Positions 58,799-64,000 of a stretch of 64,000 bases of DNA are shown here, piece after piece (position 1 is the first letter of the stretch; the number at the start of each line of letters is the position of its first letter). The DNA is from Candidatus Poribacteria bacterium. GTDB taxonomy: Bacteria > Poribacteria > WGA-4E > UBA9662. The position numbers were made by a program, and so were the translations under genes. Where the stretch lies: the NCBI GenBank assembly GCA_046582655.1, contig JAYGDX010000280.1:1-64000 (forward strand). Direction: 5' to 3'. Under the pieces are notes generated by a model. The model worked only from the letters and a program-made list of their open reading frames with translations, was not told the DNA's origin and ran no database searches.

Positions 58799-58995
58799 TA
58801 GCTACACTTCTAGAACCTAATGAAATCAAGACGGGATACTTGGTGAAAAACACTTGTTACCATATTTTAAAATATGTTACTTTCTCCCGTTTGTCTTAAG
58901 GATAAGTTGTCTAATATAAAGCAACATGGACTGGAAGTTTGGTTTTTATTAAATATGGTCGTCTGTATTCGCTTTTTTTTCATAAGTGTTAGAAG

Positions 58996-60639
58996 ATGAA
59001 TTCGAGTATGAATCAGTTCCTTGTTTTTTTATTTATCTGTGTGCTAGCTATGGTGATTTCGCCTTTAGCAATACCAGATTATGTCAACATTACAAAGCAA
59101 GCTGGAATAGAATTTAAGCACAACAACGGTGCCTTTGGACAGAAGTATTTACCTGAAACAATGGGATCTGGATCTGCGTTCATTGATTACAATAAGGATG
59201 GATGGCAGGATATAATTTTGGTTAATTGTAAGGATTGGCCTGGACATCCGACTGGAAACAATCAGACTATGGCACTCTATCGGAACGATGGTGATGGGAG
59301 TTTTACAGATCAGACGCAGTTAGCTAAATTAGATATAAAACTCTATGGGATGGGAATTTCGGTTGCTGATTATGATAATGATGGGCATCAAGATTTTTAT
59401 TTGACTTGTCTTGGTATGGATCGGCTTTTCCAAAATCAGGGTGATGGTACATTTGTTGATGTGACTGAAAAATCAAATATTAGTAATCCATATTTTGGTA
59501 CTAGTTGTGCCTGGTTTGATTATGATAAAGACGGGTACTTGGATCTCTACGTGGCTAACTATGTCGAATGGTCAGTTGAAACCGATTTGTTTTGTACACT
59601 TGATGGGACTAGTAAATCCTACTGCACTCCAGAATCCTACCGGGGACAGCCGAGCAAGCTTTTCAGGAACAGGGGGGACGGGACATTTAGCGATGTATCT
59701 AAGATTGCAAGAATCGCCGACCCAACCAGTAAATCACTTGGTGTCTGTACTTTTGATTATGATGGTGATGGATTGGTTGATGTTTTTGAAGCCAATGATA
59801 CACAACCAAATAAACTCTATCGAAACAATGGTGATGGTACCTTCATTGAACAGGGAATGCTGGCTGGCATTGCTTATAACGAAGATGGCAAAGCCACAGG
59901 AGCGATGGGCGTTGATGCCGGTGACTATGATGGCAGTGGTACTGAGAGTCTGATAATTGGAAATTTTTCAAATGAAATGATTAACCTTTATCATAATGAA
60001 GGGGATTTTTTTATCGATGATGCTCCAGTTGCCAATATTGGCATGGTCAGTCTTTTAACATTAACTTTTGGGTGTTTCTTTTTCGATTTTGACCTTGATG
60101 GGAAACTGGATATTTTTACTGCCAATGGTCATCTTGAAAACGACATTAACCGCGTACAGAGTGAAGTTACCTATAAACAGTCTCCCCATCTTTTTCGTAA
60201 CATCGGTAATGCTAAGTTTGTTGATGTAGCCAATCAAAACGCTGAGTTAATGGAACCAATTGTTGGTCGTGGCGCGGCTTACGGTGACATTGATAATGAC
60301 GGCGATTGGGATCTTATAGTTACCAACTGCAATGGTCGCCCACGACTTTTCCGCAATGATAGACAAGCATCACATAACTGGATCAAGATTAAACTGGTCG
60401 GAGAGAAATCAAACCGTGACGGGATCGGATCAAAAATCATAGTCACAACTGAGTCAGGTTCCCAAGTACGCACATTGAGAAGCGGATCAAGTTATTGCTC
60501 GCAAAGCGAATTGTCAATAATCTTTGGCCTTGGTAATGATAGACAGATTCGTCAAATCGATATAAATTGGCCGAGTGGTCTGGTAACAAGCTTAACAGAG
60601 GTTGCGTTGAATCAATCAATTACCATCAAAGAGAACTAA
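58996..60639 (+). CDS. CRTAC1-family secreted protein (FG-GAP/VCBS-type repeats plus ASPIC/UnbV domain)
   Basis: Signal peptide. Repeats FIDYNKDGWQDIILVN, ADYDNDGHQDFYLTC, FDYDKDGYLDLYVANY, FDYDGDGLVDVFEAND, GDIDNDGDWDLIVTN. C-terminal GSSYCSQSELSIIFGLGN is the UnbV_ASPIC signature. Confidence 0.75.
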   Translation: MNSSMNQFLVFLFICVLAMVISPLAIPDYVNITKQAGIEFKHNNGAFGQKYLPETMGSGSAFIDYNKDGWQDIILVNCKDWPGHPTGNNQTMALYRNDGDGSFTDQTQLAKLDIKLYGMGISVADYDNDGHQDFYLTCLGMDRLFQNQGDGTFVDVTEKSNISNPYFGTSCAWFDYDKDGYLDLYVANYVEWSVETDLFCTLDGTSKSYCTPESYRGQPSKLFRNRGDGTFSDVSKIARIADPTSKSLGVCTFDYDGDGLVDVFEANDTQPNKLYRNNGDGTFIEQGMLAGIAYNEDGKATGAMGVDAGDYDGSGTESLIIGNFSNEMINLYHNEGDFFIDDAPVANIGMVSLLTLTFGCFFFDFDLDGKLDIFTANGHLENDINRVQSEVTYKQSPHLFRNIGNAKFVDVANQNAELMEPIVGRGAAYGDIDNDGDWDLIVTNCNGRPRLFRNDRQASHNWIKIKLVGEKSNRDGIGSKIIVTTESGSQVRTLRSGSSYCSQSELSIIFGLGNDRQIRQIDINWPSGLVTSLTEVALNQSITIKEN

Positions 60640-60710
60640 GGTCATGAAAACGGCAAAAACAGGTACGTTGCTGCTAATTTCAGCAAGTACTCAAAATTAT
60701 TGGTAAGTAA

Positions 60711-61670
60711 ATGGAATCTTCAAGAAGAAGGACGGGGCTTGTTTATGATGAAAATTACCTTGAGCATGATACCGGTCATGGACATGTTGAACGGCCTGAC
60801 CGGCTTAGGTCCTGTTTGCAATCTCTGAAACAATCGGATTTTTGGAATCAACTTCATCATATTGAGGCAACCCCAGCGACACTGGATCAACTCTGCTACG
60901 TGCATGATCGTGACCATATTGATCGGGTGAAATTATACTGCCAACGAAAAATGCCGCTTGACTACGACACTCCGGTGTCGAAAAAATCTTTCGATATCGC
61001 ACTTTTAGCTGCCGGTGGTGCGTTACGTGCCGTTGACCGAGTTATTGCCGGCGACGTTGATAATGCTTTTGCTCTTGTACGTCCACCGGGACATCATGCT
61101 ACACCAAATCGGGCAATGGGATTCTGTTTGTTTAACAACGTGGCTATTGCGGCACGCTACCTCCAATCTGAACACGGTCTGAACAAGATTGCAGTAGTTG
61201 ATTGGGATGTTCATCATGGAAACGGCACTCAGGATATATTTTATGCGGATCCATCTGTTTTTTTCTTTTCCATCCATCAGCACCCGCTCTACCCCGGATC
61301 TGGTCTAGCCAATGAGACCGGATTGGAAACAGCAACTGGTACGACATTGAACTGTCCGGTGTCTTCTCATAGCGATATTAATGATTATATACACATCTTT
61401 GAAGAGAGATTGGCACCCGAATTGATTGAATTTAATCCCGATTTTATGTTGGTTTCATCGGGTTTTGATGCGCATCAACTTGACCCATTATCAACCATCA
61501 ATGTCACAGCAGAAGGATTTGGAAACTTAACTGGTATTCTTTTGTCAATTGCTGATCAAGTTTGTGGGGGAAGTGTCGTATCCGTTTTGGAAGGTGGTTA
61601 TGATCTTTCCGGACTATCTGAGTCCGTTGTGGCACATGTAAAACGTTTGATTAACTACGACATATTGTAG
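60711..61670 (+). CDS. Histone-deacetylase-family (acetoin-utilisation/HDAC-like) amidohydrolase
   Basis: RPPGHHA, DWDVHHGNGTQ, SGFDAH, LEGGYDL: all canonical HDAC-superfamily motifs. Confidence 0.9.
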   Translation: MESSRRRTGLVYDENYLEHDTGHGHVERPDRLRSCLQSLKQSDFWNQLHHIEATPATLDQLCYVHDRDHIDRVKLYCQRKMPLDYDTPVSKKSFDIALLAAGGALRAVDRVIAGDVDNAFALVRPPGHHATPNRAMGFCLFNNVAIAARYLQSEHGLNKIAVVDWDVHHGNGTQDIFYADPSVFFFSIHQHPLYPGSGLANETGLETATGTTLNCPVSSHSDINDYIHIFEERLAPELIEFNPDFMLVSSGFDAHQLDPLSTINVTAEGFGNLTGILLSIADQVCGGSVVSVLEGGYDLSGLSESVVAHVKRLINYDIL

Positions 61671-61715
61671 TACAATATCCGTCTATATGTATGGTAGCTT
61701 GAATAGAAAGGACAA

Positions 61716-62561
61716 TTGATTATGGAGCAGATCAGGATTGGACACAGTCCGGATTCTGATGACGCTTTTATGTTTTACGCGCTGGCGAAGAAACTAATTC
61801 CGACCGATGGGTTCGAAGTTGTGCATGTCATTGAAGACATTGAATCGTTGAACAAACGCGCGTTGAACTCGGAACTCGAAGTCACCGCTATTTCTATACA
61901 TGCTTACGCTTACGTGTCACAGGATTATGCCTTGATGCCCTGTGGGGCAAGTATTGGGGATCGATATGGTCCGATCGTGGTCTCAACATCTCCAATTGAT
62001 TTGCATAATCTGTCAGGCAAAAGAATAGCTATTCCTGGTACGATGACAACCGCCTATTTAACGCTTCGGTTGTTTGAACCAGATTTCATTCCTGAGGTTG
62101 TCCCGTTCGACCAGATTCTCGATCATGTAAAACAGGGGAAATCAGATGCTGGGCTAATCATTCATGAAGGTCAATTGACATATCAGAGTCAGGGATTTCA
62201 CAAAGTTATAGACTTAGGAGAATGGTGGTATCAGGAAACTGATCTGCCCTTACCATTGGGAGCGAACGTAATTCGTCGAGACCTTGGTCCGGAGAAGATT
62301 AAGAAAATCACATCTTTGCTGAGACAGAGCATTCAATATTCTCTGTCCCACCGTCAAGAGGGATTGGAATACGCAATGGTTTACGCGCGCGATATGGAAT
62401 CCGATTCCACTCTAGCGGATCGTTTTGTTAGTATGTATGTAAACGATTATACGCTAGATTATGGACAGAAAGGTCGAGCGGGTGTCCACGAATTATTAAA
62501 TCGCGGTTATCAGTCTGGCGTAATTACATCGCTAGCTGATATTGATTTTGTAGAACTTTAA
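61716..62561 (+). CDS. MqnA/MqnD-family protein (futalosine-route menaquinone biosynthesis; periplasmic-binding-protein-like fold)
   Basis: N-terminus IRIGHSPDSDDAFMFYAL matches the VitK2_biosynth (MqnA/MqnD) signature. 281 aa. Confidence 0.65.
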   Translation: MIMEQIRIGHSPDSDDAFMFYALAKKLIPTDGFEVVHVIEDIESLNKRALNSELEVTAISIHAYAYVSQDYALMPCGASIGDRYGPIVVSTSPIDLHNLSGKRIAIPGTMTTAYLTLRLFEPDFIPEVVPFDQILDHVKQGKSDAGLIIHEGQLTYQSQGFHKVIDLGEWWYQETDLPLPLGANVIRRDLGPEKIKKITSLLRQSIQYSLSHRQEGLEYAMVYARDMESDSTLADRFVSMYVNDYTLDYGQKGRAGVHELLNRGYQSGVITSLADIDFVEL

Positions 62562-62573
62562 TGATTTAGATCA

Positions 62574-62771
62574 ATGCAACGCAAAAAGAAACCAGAAGAG
62601 CGGAATAGATCTTTCCTCGGTGTTACTTTCAGTTGTTGTAAAGTTTATACACGAATTCATATCAATAGAAAAAGAGACGCTTATGTTGGTTGGTGTCCCA
62701 AGTGTTGCAGAAAAGCTGAGGTTAAAATTTCACCTTATGGAACCAAATCCAGGTTTTTCAGTGCTAACTGA
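62574..62771 (+). CDS. Possible small basic Cys-rich (zinc-ribbon-like) protein
   Basis: 65 aa, very basic, cysteines arranged SCCK...15 aa...CPKCC. No SD seen. Could be spurious. Confidence 0.2.
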   Translation: MQRKKKPEERNRSFLGVTFSCCKVYTRIHINRKRDAYVGWCPKCCRKAEVKISPYGTKSRFFSAN

Positions 62772-62892
62772 CTTCATCTTTGGTCATCAACCTAATTAAT
62801 TGCAAGCATTCTTGATTGTAATTAATCAGGTATTCTGTCGTTTCGACTGAGGAATTGACACTCTAGAATGAGTCTTGTTTTGATCTTTTTAG

Positions 62893-63828
62893 TTGAGGAG
62901 AGGATTCTTGAAGGTACGTTTTTGGGGAGTACGTGGTTCAATCCCTTCACCAGGACCAGAAACAGTTCGCTATGGTGGTGATACAACTTGCATAGAGATG
63001 AGAGTTGGTACGGAAACTATCATATTTGATGCAGGTTCCGGCATCCGCCCATTGGGACTGAAACTGCTTGGTGAGGCTCAAGGCGCGCCTATCAAAGCAC
63101 ATCTGTTTATAACCCACACTCATTGGGACCATATTCAAGGGTTCCCGTTTTTTGTCCCTGCTTTTATTCCAAATAATCATATCATGATTTATGGTGCCGA
63201 CCATGAAACGATGACGCTTCCAGAACTCTTCTCTGGACAAATGGAAAAAGGGTACTTTCCCATTCCAATTGCGGCCATGGAAGCAGAACTCGAATTTATT
63301 CCAATATCTGAAGAGACGCTTAGAATTGGTGATATTGAAATTTCATCTATGTTTGTCAACCATCCAAGTATGGCATTTGCCTACCGTGTAGATTGCAATG
63401 GGCGTTCTTTTGTCTTTGGCGGGGACCATGAGCCATATAACAACATGTTATCATATAGCAAAATAGCGTACCAAGTCGACGGAAAACAGTTGGATATTGA
63501 AGAAAATGGGAAAGAAAAATTTTCTAAGAAACTGGATGAAAAATTAGCATCCTTTTGTCAAGATGCTGATTTGCTTGTTTTTGATACTGCCTATACCTTG
63601 GACTTATATCAGCAACGAGAAGGGTGGGGGCATTCTTACCCGGAGTATGCAGTTCATATTGCCAAGATGGCAGGGATAAAACGACTCGCTCTCACTCATC
63701 ATGATCCAACTGACACCGACGAGAAGGTGGACGCAAAAGTAGAAAATACCCGCCAGTTTATCAAAGCATCCAATTTGAGCATTGAATGTTTCGCCGCGCA
63801 AGTTGCGCTTGAAGTAAGCATTGAGTAA
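62893..63828 (+). CDS. MBL-fold metallo-hydrolase
   Basis: HTHWDHIQG (HxHxDH), downstream H and D ligands. The start is probably an internal TTG/LKVRFWG slightly downstream of 62893. Confidence 0.75.
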   Translation: MRRGFLKVRFWGVRGSIPSPGPETVRYGGDTTCIEMRVGTETIIFDAGSGIRPLGLKLLGEAQGAPIKAHLFITHTHWDHIQGFPFFVPAFIPNNHIMIYGADHETMTLPELFSGQMEKGYFPIPIAAMEAELEFIPISEETLRIGDIEISSMFVNHPSMAFAYRVDCNGRSFVFGGDHEPYNNMLSYSKIAYQVDGKQLDIEENGKEKFSKKLDEKLASFCQDADLLVFDTAYTLDLYQQREGWGHSYPEYAVHIAKMAGIKRLALTHHDPTDTDEKVDAKVENTRQFIKASNLSIECFAAQVALEVSIE

Positions 63829-64000
63829 CCTGCCTGACTTTTAGCAAAATTTCTTATCACAGAATGTATTTGCTCAAATCCTGATCTTTGACAATATCTG
63901 ATAACTCTTGGTCTACGTATTCTGACGAAATGGTAATTTCTTGGCTCTCAAGATCGGGTGCCTCAAAAGAGATGTTCTCAAAGAGCTTTTCCATAATTGT

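Noticed and set aside
63857-63994. 45-aa acidic minus-strand ORF at the window edge
   Set aside because: Too short and at the boundary. May be part of a longer gene extending beyond the window.
1-64000. CRISPR arrays, rRNA and tRNA genes
   Set aside because: No regularly spaced direct repeats and no tRNA-like T-loop/acceptor patterns were recognisable in intergenic regions by eye. A covariance-model scan is needed to be sure.

Overview
This is a 64 kb chromosomal window from an unidentified bacterium, probably uncultivated, with moderate-to-low GC. I see about 50 protein-coding genes and no rRNA, tRNA or CRISPR array. Two large secreted beta-propeller proteins (FG-GAP and Kelch) end in the conserved C-terminal sorting domain of type IX secretion (T9SS) cargo, NYPNPFNPETW...IYD...G...YFYRL. 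That places the organism among T9SS-bearing lineages: the Bacteroidota/FCB group or a related candidate phylum. The remaining genes are mostly metabolic or cell-envelope genes. There are two enolase-superfamily (MR/MLE) enzymes, an SDR, MDR, Gfo/Idh/MocA and Ldh_2 oxidoreductases, class III and class V aminotransferases, PheA, a glutaredoxin-thioredoxin-reductase fusion, three SAM methyltransferases, three PhyH-family dioxygenases, two FGE-sulfatase-domain proteins, LmbE-like and ThuA-like proteins, HDAC-like, MqnA/D-like and MBL-fold hydrolases. The most unusual items are: (1) a decayed mobile-element graveyard at 3.7-6.6 kb in which an IS5-family element with intact 15-bp inverted repeats sits inside an IS982-family transposase gene, next to a truncated flotillin gene; (2) a translationally coupled trio of a giant T9SS Kelch cargo protein, a 99-aa protein and an orphan EutA/MutL-like double-ASKHA ATPase; (3) a secreted protein fusing two CxxCH haem motifs to a probable outer-membrane beta-barrel (Cyc2-like architecture); (4) cohesin-like and dockerin-like modules on separate secreted proteins; (5) a likely homopolymer frameshift that separates the signal peptide from a LamG lectin gene; (6) a 1.35 kb stretch with no convincing gene. 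All functional calls rest on motifs read by eye; no database search was possible.
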